DNA of 53,208 nt from Clostridia bacterium (lineage in GTDB: Bacteria > Bacillota > Clostridia > UBA1212): the NCBI GenBank assembly GCA_017959965.1, contig JAGCZO010000157.1:1-53208 (forward strand), read 5' to 3'. Every line of letters begins with the position of its first letter. The first letter of the stretch is position 1. Of the stretch, positions 1 through 9,941 are shown piece by piece. Position numbers and translations under genes: made by a program. The notes under the pieces are model-generated. The model did not search any database, was not told the origin of the DNA, and was given only the letters and a program-made list of their open reading frames with translations.

Positions 1-239
1 AGAAATTCAAAGACAAAAAGCTTTCGAGGCTCATTCTTTACGATATTGACGCGGCAAAGCTTTTTGCCAAGAAATCAAAGCAGCCCGCAAAGGCGGCTTC
101 CTCACGGAGCAGTTCCCGGAGAGAGACCGAAAACGGTGATGAAGAAACAAACGGCGGATCCGGCACGGTGGAGGATATCTATTTCCAAAACGACAGTTCC
201 GGGGACGATGACGGATCCGATGAGGATCATTGGAAATAA
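1..239 (+). CDS. Partial CDS (3' end only), unknown product with acidic low-complexity C-terminus
   Basis: Frame 3 is open from the window edge (KFKDKKLSRLILYDIDAAKLF...GDDDGSDEDHWK) to TAA at 237-239, 3 nt before the next ATG; not in the ORF track because its start lies outside the window. Confidence 0.6.
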   Translation, partial: KFKDKKLSRLILYDIDAAKLFAKKSKQPAKAASSRSSSRRETENGDEETNGGSGTVEDIYFQNDSSGDDDGSDEDHWK

Positions 240-242
240 ACC

Positions 243-1526
243 ATGGATGACAAAAACCAGATATTTAACGAACTCGGCGTTTCCGACAAGGTGATCGAAT
301 ACGGCGAAAGCGTTCTGGCAAAGCTTGAGAAGAGATTCAAGGCAATCGACGACATCGCGGAGCGCAACCAGGCCAAGGTGCTTCTGGCAATGAGAAAAAA
401 CCGGGTCAGCGCCGCCTGCTTCGCGGGCTCCACCGGATACGGCTACGACGACGCCGGCAGGGATACCCTTGAGAGGGTGTACGCCGACACCTTTCACACT
501 GAGGCGGCCCTTGTGAGACCCCAGATAACCTGCGGGACCCATGCTCTTGCGGTCGCTCTTTCCGCGAACCTGAAGCCCGGAGACGAGCTGCTTTCGATAA
601 ACGGGGCGCCTTACGACACGCTGCAGGAAGTGATAGGAATAAGGCCGAGCCCCTGCTCTCTCGCGGAAGCAGGTGTAACTTATGCCCAGGTCGAGCTTAA
701 TTCCATTGGCGGCTTCGATTTTGAAGCTATTAAGAAGGCAATAAACGAAAAAACTGCCCTTGTGGCGATCCAGCGCTCGAAGGGCTACTCCATGAGGCCC
801 AGCTTCTCGGTCGATCAGATAGGCGAGGCCATCGCCTTTGTTAAAAAAATCAAACCGGGGCTGGTAGTCATGGTGGACAACTGCTACGGCGAGTTTACGG
901 AACTTGAAGAGCCCTCTGACGTGGGTGCGGATATGACGGTAGGGTCCCTTATTAAGAACCCCGGCGGCGGTCTTGCCCCCTCCGGCGGATATATCTGCGG
1001 CACGTCGGAATGCGTTGAAAGGTGTGGCTACAGACTGTCCGCTCCGGGTCTGGGAAGAGAGGTAGGCGCCAATTTCGGCATCATCGACAGGCTTTACCAG
1101 GGCTTTTTCCTTGCCCCCACGGTCACCGCAGCGGCGGAAAAAGGAGCTATATTTGCGGCAGAACTTTACGAGCCCCTTGGCTTCAAATGCGTGCCGGGCG
1201 CTTCGGAAAAGAGGCACGACATAATCCAGTCAATAGAGCTTGGCAGCGAGGAGGCAATGCTCGCCTTCTGCAAGGGGATCCAGGAGGCGGCGCCTGTTGA
1301 CGCTTACGCCACACCTCTTCCCTGGGATATGCCGGGCTACGACTCCAAAGTCATCATGGCGGCGGGAGCCTTCGTGCAGGGGTCGTCCATCGAGCTGTCC
1401 GCGGACGGGCCCATCAGGGAGCCCTACGCGGTATATTTCCAGGGCGGTCTTACCTGGGCTCACGCGAAGCTCGGCATTCTTTTGAGTTTGCAGCACATGG
1501 TTTCCGGAGGTTTAGCGAAGCTTTAA
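243..1526 (+). CDS. YnbB-like PLP-dependent methionine gamma-lyase family (aluminium resistance) protein
   Basis: Motifs GYGYDDAGRD, GTHALA, DNCYGEF, GSLIKNPGGG (PLP Lys), FVQGSSIELSADGP; 427 aa. Confidence 0.9.
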   Translation: MDDKNQIFNELGVSDKVIEYGESVLAKLEKRFKAIDDIAERNQAKVLLAMRKNRVSAACFAGSTGYGYDDAGRDTLERVYADTFHTEAALVRPQITCGTHALAVALSANLKPGDELLSINGAPYDTLQEVIGIRPSPCSLAEAGVTYAQVELNSIGGFDFEAIKKAINEKTALVAIQRSKGYSMRPSFSVDQIGEAIAFVKKIKPGLVVMVDNCYGEFTELEEPSDVGADMTVGSLIKNPGGGLAPSGGYICGTSECVERCGYRLSAPGLGREVGANFGIIDRLYQGFFLAPTVTAAAEKGAIFAAELYEPLGFKCVPGASEKRHDIIQSIELGSEEAMLAFCKGIQEAAPVDAYATPLPWDMPGYDSKVIMAAGAFVQGSSIELSADGPIREPYAVYFQGGLTWAHAKLGILLSLQHMVSGGLAKL

Positions 1527-1563
1527 AAAGGCCCTTGAAACAGTCCTTTAAATGCGGTCGCCG

Positions 1564-1592
1564 TTGCGTCGCTTTTTTCTTTGTGATAAAAT
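1564..1592 (+). promoter_or_regulatory. Putative sigma-A promoter for the 1628-6778 gene run
   Basis: TTGCGT-17 nt-TAAAAT with extended -10 TG. Confidence 0.55.
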
Positions 1593-1627
1593 AATCTCGC
1601 TATAGCATTCCGAAAGGACGGAGAGCG

Positions 1628-2665
1628 ATGAAAAAAAGCCAATTCATTACTATTTTCATAATGCTGGTTGTTGCGTCGGTGCTGATCTGCATCGGATGTT
1701 TCCTTGACAATCCGAAGGGTGAGCCGGAGGCGACGCCAACGCCTTCCAGCCCGGTGGAGCTTCTGCCGACAGTGAAACCGACTGATTCCACGTACAATGA
1801 GGATGACTCTCCGACCCCGACTGCCGAGGCTGCCACACCGACGCCGGATGCAACGGCCGCGCCCACGGAAGCGCCTACTGAGGCGCCTACTGAGGAGCCC
1901 GGATGGCCGGATATACCGTTCCCGGTGATCAAAAACCTTGACTTTGTCCAGTATGACAACTCCTTTGACTACTTCTCCACAAAGTGGGTGACGGACTCCA
2001 ATCAGCAGAACAAGGCTGAGATCTACAGCAGCGTCATTTCAAAGCTGAAGGACGTTGACTACGTATTCTACACCATCGATTCGGATACCGAGTGGGCCCA
2101 TTACATGACGTTCACGCTTCACTTCGAGTCTGGATACACCGCGGAAATACTGGATCTGCTCAAGGACAAAGAAATCAAGGCGGTGTTCTTCGTAACGCAG
2201 AAATATATTGCCGATAACCCGAACCTGGTGCGCAGGATGAAGGATGAAGGACATATCATCGGAAACAGAGGCATAATCGGCGACAGTAACATTAAAAAGC
2301 TGACTCCCGAGACCTTCGCGGAAGGACTTTTGGCGGTGGAGCAGGAGTATCAGAAGCTGTTCGGGCCTCTTGAGAGAATGTATCTTTTCAGGACGGACTA
2401 TTTCAGCAACAGACTCCTTAAGGTCGCCGAGGCTATGGGCTATACGGTCGTATTCAGAACGTACACGTATTACAGTAAAGATACCGAGCCCTTCAAGGAA
2501 CAGTCCCCTGCCAAACTGGCCGAGTGGTTCATGGCAAGAGGCGGATACAACGGCTCCGTTGCAGAGTACACGAACGACAAGAAATGTCTCGACGCCCTCA
2601 AACTGTTTATCCCGAACTGCATTGACCAGGGTATCACTTTCAAACTTATTGAGAGAAGGCATTGA
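1628..2665 (+). CDS. Membrane-anchored/secreted PdaA-like polysaccharide deacetylase (CE4) homologue with Pro/Thr linker; catalytic motifs degenerate
   Basis: N-terminal hydrophobic segment, PT/PTEA linker, then GYTAEILDLLK..IKAVFFVT..Y...NPNLVRRMKDEGHIIGN typical of the NodB fold. Confidence 0.75.
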   Translation: MKKSQFITIFIMLVVASVLICIGCFLDNPKGEPEATPTPSSPVELLPTVKPTDSTYNEDDSPTPTAEAATPTPDATAAPTEAPTEAPTEEPGWPDIPFPVIKNLDFVQYDNSFDYFSTKWVTDSNQQNKAEIYSSVISKLKDVDYVFYTIDSDTEWAHYMTFTLHFESGYTAEILDLLKDKEIKAVFFVTQKYIADNPNLVRRMKDEGHIIGNRGIIGDSNIKKLTPETFAEGLLAVEQEYQKLFGPLERMYLFRTDYFSNRLLKVAEAMGYTVVFRTYTYYSKDTEPFKEQSPAKLAEWFMARGGYNGSVAEYTNDKKCLDALKLFIPNCIDQGITFKLIERRH

Positions 2666-2667
2666 CT

Positions 2668-2940
2668 ATGAATAAAGCTATCATCACGATCCTTGGCGCG
2701 GACAGAGTCGGCATCATTGCCGCGGTCAGCACGTATCTTGCCAAGGTGAACGTAAACATACTTGATATAAACCAGACCATCATGGAAGAACTCTTCACAA
2801 TGGTGACGATGGTAGACATAAATGAGGCCACGAAGCCCTTTGACGAGATATACAACGATCTCAACGAGCTTGGCAGCGAGCTGGGAGTAGTTATCCAGAT
2901 CCAGAGGGCGGAAATTTTCCAGTCGATGCATAAGATTTGA
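2668..2940 (+). CDS. ACT-domain protein (UPF0237)
   Basis: AIITILGADRVGII...NILDINQTI...IFQSMHKI; usual partner of the downstream UPF0210 gene; ATG at 2668 preferred. Confidence 0.9.
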   Translation: MNKAIITILGADRVGIIAAVSTYLAKVNVNILDINQTIMEELFTMVTMVDINEATKPFDEIYNDLNELGSELGVVIQIQRAEIFQSMHKI

Positions 2941-3029
2941 ATGCAGGAGAGCCTCATCAGAAATTGCGCCGTCCCCGGAAAAAGCAGGCCGGCGCATAAT
3001 TTTTACAAAAAAACGAAAGAAGAACGCAG

Positions 3030-4391
3030 ATGTTAATATCAGTTGACGAAATCAGACAGACGATCCACATGATACAGTCGGAACACCTTGACATAAGGAC
3101 GGTCACCATGGGCATAAGCCTGCTTGACTGTGTAAGGAGCGGTTTCGGGGACACAAAACAGGCGGTATATGACAAGATCTGCAGATCCGCGGAGAGGCTC
3201 GTGCCTGAGTGCGAGGCCATCGAGAGAGAGCTGGGGATCCCGATAGTGAACAAGAGGATATCCATCACACCTGCATCGGTGATCTGCGGAGGCGCGTCTC
3301 CCGAAGAGTGCGCAGGGCTTGCGGTAAAGCTGGAAGAGGCGGCAGAGACAGTCGGAGTGAATTTCATCGGCGGTTATTCCGCTCTTGTCCACAAGGGCTT
3401 CACCGAGGCGGACAAAGCGCTTATCGCATCCATTCCGGAGGCATTGGCGTCCACTTCAAGAGTCTGCTCAAGCGTAAACGTGGCGACGACTAAGGCCGGC
3501 ATCAATATGAACGCGGTGAAGGATATGGGTATCCTTATTAAGAAAGCCGCGGAACTGACTAAGGACAGCGGCGGCTCTGCCTGCGCAAGGCTGGTGGTTT
3601 TTGCCAACGCCCCCGAGGACAATCCCTTCATGGCAGGCGCCTTCCACGGTATCGGAGAACCTGAAAAGGTCATCAACGTGGGCGTCAGCGGCCCCGGGGT
3701 TGTCAAGTGCGCCATAGAGAAGGTGAGAGGCGAGGACTTCACGGTACTTGCGGAGACCATCAAAAAGACTGCTTTTAAGATCACCAGGATGGGTCAGCTG
3801 GTGGCCAGGGAGGCCAGCAGACGCCTTGGCGTTGAATTCGGCATAGTTGACCTGTCTCTTGCCCCGACCCCTGCGGTGGGCGACAGCGTAGCAAGGATCA
3901 TAGAGGAAATGGGCATCAGCTCCTGCGGCGGTCCCGGGACCACAGCCGCGCTGGCTCTTCTCAACGACGCAGTGAAGAAGGGCGGCGTAATGGCTTCGTC
4001 CCATGTCGGCGGTCTCAGCGGCGCCTTTATACCGGTCAGCGAGGACGAGGGTATGATCTCCGCGGTGAGAAACGGTTCCCTTTCCCTTGAAAAGCTGGAG
4101 GCGATGACCTGTGTCTGCTCCGTGGGCCTGGATATGATCGCGGTGCCCGGCGATACCGACGCGGCAACGATCTCCTCTATAATCGCGGATGAGATATCCA
4201 TTGGCGTTATAAACAACAAGACGACTGCCGTGAGAATAATCCCCGTACCGGGCATGGTGCCGGGCGATACGGTGGAGTTTGGCGGACTTCTGGGCGAAGC
4301 ACCCGTTATGAGCGTCAGGAAGGCCGACAGCAGCTTGTTTATTGACAGAGGGGGCAGAATACCGGCTCCGATCCACAGCCTGAGAAATTAA
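3030..4391 (+). CDS. UPF0210 / DUF711 (PFL-like family) protein
   Basis: [56 protein letters not shown]. Confidence 0.9.
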   Translation: MLISVDEIRQTIHMIQSEHLDIRTVTMGISLLDCVRSGFGDTKQAVYDKICRSAERLVPECEAIERELGIPIVNKRISITPASVICGGASPEECAGLAVKLEEAAETVGVNFIGGYSALVHKGFTEADKALIASIPEALASTSRVCSSVNVATTKAGINMNAVKDMGILIKKAAELTKDSGGSACARLVVFANAPEDNPFMAGAFHGIGEPEKVINVGVSGPGVVKCAIEKVRGEDFTVLAETIKKTAFKITRMGQLVAREASRRLGVEFGIVDLSLAPTPAVGDSVARIIEEMGISSCGGPGTTAALALLNDAVKKGGVMASSHVGGLSGAFIPVSEDEGMISAVRNGSLSLEKLEAMTCVCSVGLDMIAVPGDTDAATISSIIADEISIGVINNKTTAVRIIPVPGMVPGDTVEFGGLLGEAPVMSVRKADSSLFIDRGGRIPAPIHSLRN

Positions 4392-4421
4392 CTGCAGGCT
4401 CAAAAAACGGCGGTACGAAAA

Positions 4422-5621
4422 ATGACAAAAACAGGTATTCTCGGCGGCACGTTTGATCCGATACACAGAGGACACATTGAGTGCGCTTTAAAGGTTAAAG
4501 AAGAATTCGGCCTGGACAGGGTGATAATACTTCCCTCGGGCAACCCGCCCCACAAGTTCGCAAAGCCGGTGACCGCAGGGGCAACGAGGCTGAAGCTTGC
4601 GGAGATAGCGGTGAGGGGCCTTGACGGGATCACTGTCAGCGACGTTGAGGTGAGAAGAAACGGATACACCTACGCCGCGGATTCCCTTGCCGAGCTCAAG
4701 GAGAAGGATCCTTCAGCCGGGTTCTTTTACATCCTTGGTGAGGATACCGCTTCAGGCATTGCGGGCTGGAAGGACGTAGGAAAGCTGAAGGACTACTGCG
4801 GTTTTATACTCGTAAGGCGGGATACCGGAAGCGGCGGCAGCTTTGAAAAGGCTCTGGAGGCTTTAAAGAGCATCGGAGCGGATACCTTGGTCTCGAATGT
4901 ATCTGTCAGGCAGGTCTCCTCCACAAAGATCAGAGAGGCCCTTGCCAACGGCATCATGCCTGACCCGGAGCTGATGGATCCGGAGGTGTCGAAATACATT
5001 CTTGAAAAGGGTCTTTACAAGGGCGGCAGGATGACGGAGGAGGAGATCATCGAGGATCTCAGATCGGTGTTGCCGCCAAAGAGATTCATTCACAGCCTTG
5101 GCGTTGCCGAGGAGGCAGTAAGGCTTGCGGAAAAATTCGGCGCGGACAAGGATAAAGCCAGGCTTGCGGGTCTTCTTCACGACTGCGCAAAGAGCGTTGC
5201 GGTCACCCAGCTCCGCTGGATCGGTATGACCGTCGGAGATTTCTCCCCCGACCCTGCCGCGGGCTTCAGCACAAGAGTCCTCCACGGACCGCTGGGAGCT
5301 ATTGTGGCAAAGAGCAGGTACGGGGTCACGGATGACGAGGTGCTGAGCGCCATCTCGAAGCATACAACCGGCGACAAGCAGATGAGTCTTCTCGACAGGA
5401 TAGTTTTCATAGCGGACTACACGGAGAAAAACAGATGCGGAGGCTTCTTCGAGGAAGTGAGGCGTCTGGCAGACGACGAGGGACTGCTTCCCGCTGTAAG
5501 CTTTGCCTGCGGCGAGACCATCAAGATAATTCTGAAACGCGGCGAATCCATTGACGTCAGGACCGTATACACCAGGAACATGGCCATATACGATATGGGA
5601 AATACTGACGGAGCAAATTGA
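4422..5621 (+). CDS. nadD: Nicotinate-nucleotide adenylyltransferase fused to a YqeK-type HD-domain (Ap4A hydrolase-like) domain
   Basis: GGTFDPIHRGH, PPHK and VSSTKIR in the N-half; RFIHSLGV, LLHDCAK, LHGPLG, HTTG, IADYTE in the C-half; one ORF. Confidence 0.9.
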   Translation: MTKTGILGGTFDPIHRGHIECALKVKEEFGLDRVIILPSGNPPHKFAKPVTAGATRLKLAEIAVRGLDGITVSDVEVRRNGYTYAADSLAELKEKDPSAGFFYILGEDTASGIAGWKDVGKLKDYCGFILVRRDTGSGGSFEKALEALKSIGADTLVSNVSVRQVSSTKIREALANGIMPDPELMDPEVSKYILEKGLYKGGRMTEEEIIEDLRSVLPPKRFIHSLGVAEEAVRLAEKFGADKDKARLAGLLHDCAKSVAVTQLRWIGMTVGDFSPDPAAGFSTRVLHGPLGAIVAKSRYGVTDDEVLSAISKHTTGDKQMSLLDRIVFIADYTEKNRCGGFFEEVRRLADDEGLLPAVSFACGETIKIILKRGESIDVRTVYTRNMAIYDMGNTDGAN

Positions 5622-5750
5622 AACAATATTTCCGCCTCCTGCGCGGGGCGGAGGCTCTAAACCGATAATTAAACACCCGGCGATGCTGACGCCGGCAATG
5701 ACCCTCGGGGCAGGGGCCCCGGGCTTATCTGATAATCAGGAGGATACCAA

Positions 5751-6116
5751 ATGACACCCGAAGCAATGGCTGAAAAGATCAAAAGCGTAATTGAGGACAG
5801 AAAGGGCAAAGACATAGAAGTGATCGCGCTTGCCGACAAGACGATAATCACGGATTATTTTGTCATTGCCAGCGGCACGTCCACGACCCATATCAGGGGT
5901 ATGGCGGACGAGGTCATATTCGAACTAGGCAAGCTCGGCGTAAAACCCGCGGGAGTAGAAGGGTATGACACCGCGTCCTGGATACTTATCGACTTCCTTG
6001 ACGTTGTCGTGCATATTTTTCAGCAAAGCGAGCGTGAATTTTACAATCTGGAAAAGCTCTGGAGCGGCACCGCGGCTGCAAAGCGCAAAAACGAGAAGGA
6101 AAATCAGGAAAGCTGA
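5751..6116 (+). CDS. rsfS: Ribosome silencing factor
   Basis: DYFVIASGTS..HI, WILIDFLDVVVHIF...REFYNLEKLW; AGGAGG RBS; conserved position after nadD-yqeK. Confidence 0.93.
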   Translation: MTPEAMAEKIKSVIEDRKGKDIEVIALADKTIITDYFVIASGTSTTHIRGMADEVIFELGKLGVKPAGVEGYDTASWILIDFLDVVVHIFQQSEREFYNLEKLWSGTAAAKRKNEKENQES

Positions 6117-6130
6117 GGCCTGTCAGTGTT

Positions 6131-6778
6131 ATGCCGCAAAAGGGACTTTATATTTTTGATTTCGACGGTACGATATCCTACACCGGCGATGACATTGCCC
6201 TGTCGCTGAACGAAGTAAGAAAAGCTCACGGCCTTGTTCCTCTCGAGACAAAGGAGGTCCTGAGATTTGTTGGCTACGGTGCGAAATATCTTATTGACAA
6301 TACGCTGAACGTACCGGGTGCATCACCGGAGGATATTCTTAACGAGTACAAAAAAGCGTACTACTCCCATTGCACGGACACGTCAAGGCCTTACGAAGGG
6401 CTTGACGAAACGCTGGACCGCATCATTGAAGAAGGCGGAACGGTGTCGATGTTCACCAACAAGCCTCTTAATATTACTCTTAAGATGCTGGACTTTTTCG
6501 GGGTCAGAGACAGATTTCACTCGATCTTCTGCCCTGAGAATCTGGTTAAAAGAAAACCTGACCCGGAAGGCATTTTCAGATGCATGGAGGAGGCGAACCG
6601 CAGCAAAAGGGATACGGTCATGATCGGGGATTCAAAGGCTGACATTGACGCGGGAAGGGCCGCGGGAGTGAAGACCTGTGCCTGCCTTTACGGAGTGGGG
6701 GACAGGGAAAAGCTCCTTGAAGCAGGGCCCGATCTCCGGATATCAGACATCAGGGAGATCACAGACCTGAAAATATGA
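6131..6778 (+). CDS. HAD-superfamily hydrolase (phosphoglycolate phosphatase-like)
   Basis: FDFDGT, TNKP, KPDPE, MIGDS..DI..GR.AG motifs. Confidence 0.85.
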   Translation: MPQKGLYIFDFDGTISYTGDDIALSLNEVRKAHGLVPLETKEVLRFVGYGAKYLIDNTLNVPGASPEDILNEYKKAYYSHCTDTSRPYEGLDETLDRIIEEGGTVSMFTNKPLNITLKMLDFFGVRDRFHSIFCPENLVKRKPDPEGIFRCMEEANRSKRDTVMIGDSKADIDAGRAAGVKTCACLYGVGDREKLLEAGPDLRISDIREITDLKI

Positions 6779-6796
6779 AAATATGAGAAATTGAAC

Positions 6797-6862
6797 AGAC
6801 CCGCATACCGGGGAGTTTCAGGGAATTCATCTGTTTCCCGAGACCTGATATGCGGGTCTTTA
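6797..6862. terminator. Probable bidirectional terminator between convergent genes
   Basis: AGACCCGCATA (6797-6807) / TATGCGGGTCT (6849-6859) inverted repeat followed by a T-rich run. Confidence 0.6.
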
Positions 6863-6896
6863 TTTGTTTAAACAGTTGGAGAATTTTAAGAACGGA

Positions 6897-8795
6897 TCAG
6901 AATCTTCCGCCTCCGCCTCCGTGGCTTCTGCCTGAGGAGCCGCTTGAGTGACCTCCTCCGCCGCCTGAGGAACCGCCTGAAGAGGATGGGGGAATGTAGA
7001 CTCTCGTGGTAGTTGTGTCAATGTAGATCTCGTTTTTGTCACGAATATTCAGTATCGAATTGTCGATATACTGGGTGGGCGAGACCCTGGTCACGGGATT
7101 GCTTGAGTTGCTTGTCCTGATCATGGTGATGATCAAGCCTACTGCGACTGCTATCGCGACGGACCAGAACACGTTGCTGAAGGAAAGAGGATAATGGCCG
7201 AAAATCATTTTCCAACGGACGTAGGTGATGAAGATCTCGGAGGTCTTCATCCAGGTGTTGCCGAATAACGAGTTAAGGCGCAGATCCAGAGCGTCCTCAA
7301 GATCGTCTGACTTGTAGGCCGGGATCCTTGATCCCGCTTTGACTCCGGTGGAGGCAAAAGCGAATTCCTTATAGGTGTTGTTCTGGTAGAGCACAAGGAT
7401 CACCGCGTCGCCGTTATCGCCGGCTCCGTACCCGTGATATCTCAGGTAGCATTCGGCGTAGTCCGTCAGATTGAAATAACTGCCGAAAAAGCCGTGGTTG
7501 TAACCGACGATGCAGCCCGGTCCGAACTCGGAGGGAGCGTAGTCGACCACCGTAAGTATCACCAGCTCGGTCTTTATATCGTTAAGGGCCTTGGCGGTCT
7601 TCTCCGTAAGGGTCTTGACGTTGTCGTCGCCAAGGACTTTGGCGTTGTCCGAAACAAGCGGAGCGTCCCCGCCCGCGCCTTTTTCAAAGAGATCCGCAAT
7701 ACTGTATTCATTGTGCCGAGCGTCGATCTCCAGTAAGCCGATGAGGTCGATATAACTGACCAGTCCTTCAACGCAGGCTGAGGGGGTCCCGGCGTCTTTG
7801 GTATACTGATACTGCTCGTTTTTCAGGCCGAAGCCGCATTCCTTGATCATGCCCGCAGAATAGCAGGAAGAGTTGAACCCGTTTTCATCCTTGCAGATAG
7901 CGAATATAACGCCGCAGGGAGCTTCCGAGCCTTCCGAGGCGCCAAAGCCATTGGAGTTGAAAAAGTCAGCCGCGTAGTCGTTCAGATTGTACACCGGGCC
8001 TCTGTTTTTGTAAAAAGCTTCGGCTTCGGGACCGAAATCAGCTGCGGAAAAGTCTTCCTTTACGGTCAGCAGAACAAAGTCGCAGCCGCATTGGGCTTCG
8101 TACTTTTTCAGGGTCTCCTCCGCCAGCTTTTTGTCGGCGGCACTGAGGATACCGGCGTTGTCGTAAACGAGCTCCGCGTTGACGGTGGTCTCAGTCTTGA
8201 AGGAATATTTCTGACTCAGGGCAGCCTCCTTGGCAACGTTCTCGGCGCTGCCAATGTAATAATCCATGGCTTCCTCGTATTTTCCTGCCGAGAGGAGGGG
8301 CTGGATGCCGCTCTTCATTTCGCTGATATACGGTTCAAAAATATCTTTGGCTTCGCCTGTGGTGATAAACCAGTACATCCTGTCGTCGGGATCCATGTTG
8401 ATTCCGAGAATGACTCCGCTGTAGTTATCGCCAAGGCCGTAGCCGTTGTAGTCGAAAAAGTCCGCGACATAATCGTCAAAGGCCATGCCGCCGGGCTCAT
8501 ATCTGTAATAATACGCCACTTTTTCTCCGAATTCGGAGGCCGAGTAGCCGTTGACGGTCAGGACCACGAAGTCAATGCCGTAGAGAGCGCCGTCATTGGC
8601 GATACGCTCCGCAAGCTTTTCTTCATAGGTCTGAGACAGAATGTCGGCTCTGTCCGTGACTCTCGGCGCCGTGGGATCGTGAAAGGGCTCAAAGCCTTCG
8701 ATGGCTGCGGAGACGTTGGGAACGAACAGGGAGGATACAAGCATCAGCGCCGCGAAGAACAGGGCTGTGATCTTAAAAATCTTTGAGTTTTTCAT
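6897..8795 (-). CDS. Secreted/membrane protein with three tandem TPM domains and a Gly/Ser-rich tail
   Basis: Signal peptide; three repeats starting V.D.A.IL, each with (D/E)(F/L)V.LTV and ...NG(Y/F)G; one TM helix; SSGGSSGGGG...HGGGGGRF end typical of TPM (YgcG-like) proteins. Confidence 0.8.
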   Translation of the reverse strand: MKNSKIFKITALFFAALMLVSSLFVPNVSAAIEGFEPFHDPTAPRVTDRADILSQTYEEKLAERIANDGALYGIDFVVLTVNGYSASEFGEKVAYYYRYEPGGMAFDDYVADFFDYNGYGLGDNYSGVILGINMDPDDRMYWFITTGEAKDIFEPYISEMKSGIQPLLSAGKYEEAMDYYIGSAENVAKEAALSQKYSFKTETTVNAELVYDNAGILSAADKKLAEETLKKYEAQCGCDFVLLTVKEDFSAADFGPEAEAFYKNRGPVYNLNDYAADFFNSNGFGASEGSEAPCGVIFAICKDENGFNSSCYSAGMIKECGFGLKNEQYQYTKDAGTPSACVEGLVSYIDLIGLLEIDARHNEYSIADLFEKGAGGDAPLVSDNAKVLGDDNVKTLTEKTAKALNDIKTELVILTVVDYAPSEFGPGCIVGYNHGFFGSYFNLTDYAECYLRYHGYGAGDNGDAVILVLYQNNTYKEFAFASTGVKAGSRIPAYKSDDLEDALDLRLNSLFGNTWMKTSEIFITYVRWKMIFGHYPLSFSNVFWSVAIAVAVGLIITMIRTSNSSNPVTRVSPTQYIDNSILNIRDKNEIYIDTTTTRVYIPPSSSGGSSGGGGGHSSGSSGRSHGGGGGRF

Positions 8796-8807
8796 AACAC
8801 CCTCCCT

Positions 8808-9875
8808 TCACCGCAATAGAAACATAATGATCATCAAAACTGCCGCGATTATGCCTGCCGAGATGGCGAAATTCTTCAGCCAGCGGAATTTTGACTTTGG
8901 GAACTCACCGACTATCTTGCCGGTCTGTCCGTTGATGGTATAGGTATACGTGTTGCCCCCGTACTTGGCTTTCATCATGTAAACGGGAAGCAGGGCGTAT
9001 TTTGCTTCGGTATCCTTGAGACTGAGATCGTCGCTGACCTTCCTGACGGAGGAGTAACCGGTGACGCTTTTTGAGAAAGCTTTGTTGACTCCGTCCGAGA
9101 CCTTGACTCCCGCTCTGGGCGTGCAGGCCTCCGGGTCGTCATCGTACCTGTCGGCAAGAAAACCGCTGAGATAGCCCGGGGCGAATTCCTCCAGCTGGGA
9201 GTAGTCGTAGGGCTCAAGGAGATCCATGGTGTTGTCGTCCATTTTGATGCTGGCATCAACGGGTATCTTCTTGAAGCCCACCTCGCCGTCCACCGTCACG
9301 TAGTAATACTTGGTCTCGGTGTAGCGGTAGTTAGAGGAGTACCAGGATCTTGTGGTGGTGGTCTCGAAGGTGACCTTGCCGTCGGCGGTGCAGTCGTAGA
9401 GCCAGAAGGGCACGTACAAGCCAATGGCCTTGTCGATGACCACGTCCGTGACCAGCTTTTTTGGAAGGAGCTTTCTCTTTTTCACAAGGTCCTTCCACAT
9501 GTCGGCAAGATCTTTTTTGACGATCTTAAAGGGAATAATGTAGTTCGGCCGCAGCGCTCCCTCCAGGTTTTGATTGATTATTATTTCATTGTCGCAATAG
9601 GGGCAATGGGTCGCGCTGGTGGTCGCGTCGGTGACGATATCGGCTCCGCAGTATTTGCAAGAATACGTCACGGAGCCTGTCAGGTCCTCCTTGACGAATG
9701 AGGCAATGTGATCGCCCCAGTCGAAGGAGGGCTCATCCGATGCGGCGGCGTTTCGTATTGCGAAAAGATCATACCGGTTCCCGCAAGCGGGACACCGAAA
9801 TTTTCCGATGGCGACGTCATAAAGCAATGAAGTGTCGCATGACGGACATTTGAATGATACCAAATTATTCTGCAT
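8808..9875 (-). CDS. Zinc-ribbon membrane protein commonly paired with TPM proteins
   Basis: CPSC/CPAC and CKYC/CPYC pairs, LYVPFWLYD, LLPVY, INGQTGKIVG, C-terminal TM. Confidence 0.75.
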   Translation of the reverse strand: MQNNLVSFKCPSCDTSLLYDVAIGKFRCPACGNRYDLFAIRNAAASDEPSFDWGDHIASFVKEDLTGSVTYSCKYCGADIVTDATTSATHCPYCDNEIIINQNLEGALRPNYIIPFKIVKKDLADMWKDLVKKRKLLPKKLVTDVVIDKAIGLYVPFWLYDCTADGKVTFETTTTRSWYSSNYRYTETKYYYVTVDGEVGFKKIPVDASIKMDDNTMDLLEPYDYSQLEEFAPGYLSGFLADRYDDDPEACTPRAGVKVSDGVNKAFSKSVTGYSSVRKVSDDLSLKDTEAKYALLPVYMMKAKYGGNTYTYTINGQTGKIVGEFPKSKFRWLKNFAISAGIIAAVLMIIMFLLR

Positions 9876-9902
9876 TTTGATCCTTTCAATTGTGTAAGCC
9901 GT

Positions 9903-9941
9903 AAAAAAGATCCGGATTTCCCTTTTACAGGAGATCCGGAC
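9903..9941 (-). terminator. Rho-independent terminator after the diacylglycerol kinase gene
   Basis: Minus strand TCCGGATCTCCT-gtaa-AAGGGAAATCCGGA imperfect stem followed by TCTTTTTT. Confidence 0.55.

Noticed and set aside
102-1217. 371-aa antisense ORF
   Set aside because: Shadow of the well-supported ynbB-like gene; no recognisable motifs
1730-1900. Repetitive DNA in Pro/Thr/Glu/Ala-rich segments (also about 11080-11230 and 31750-31900)
   Set aside because: Ordinary linker-coding low complexity in surface proteins
5622-5750. GC-rich hairpins and a 67-aa ORF between nadD-yqeK and rsfS
   Set aside because: Short stems with no riboswitch consensus; the ORF lacks an RBS and recognisable features
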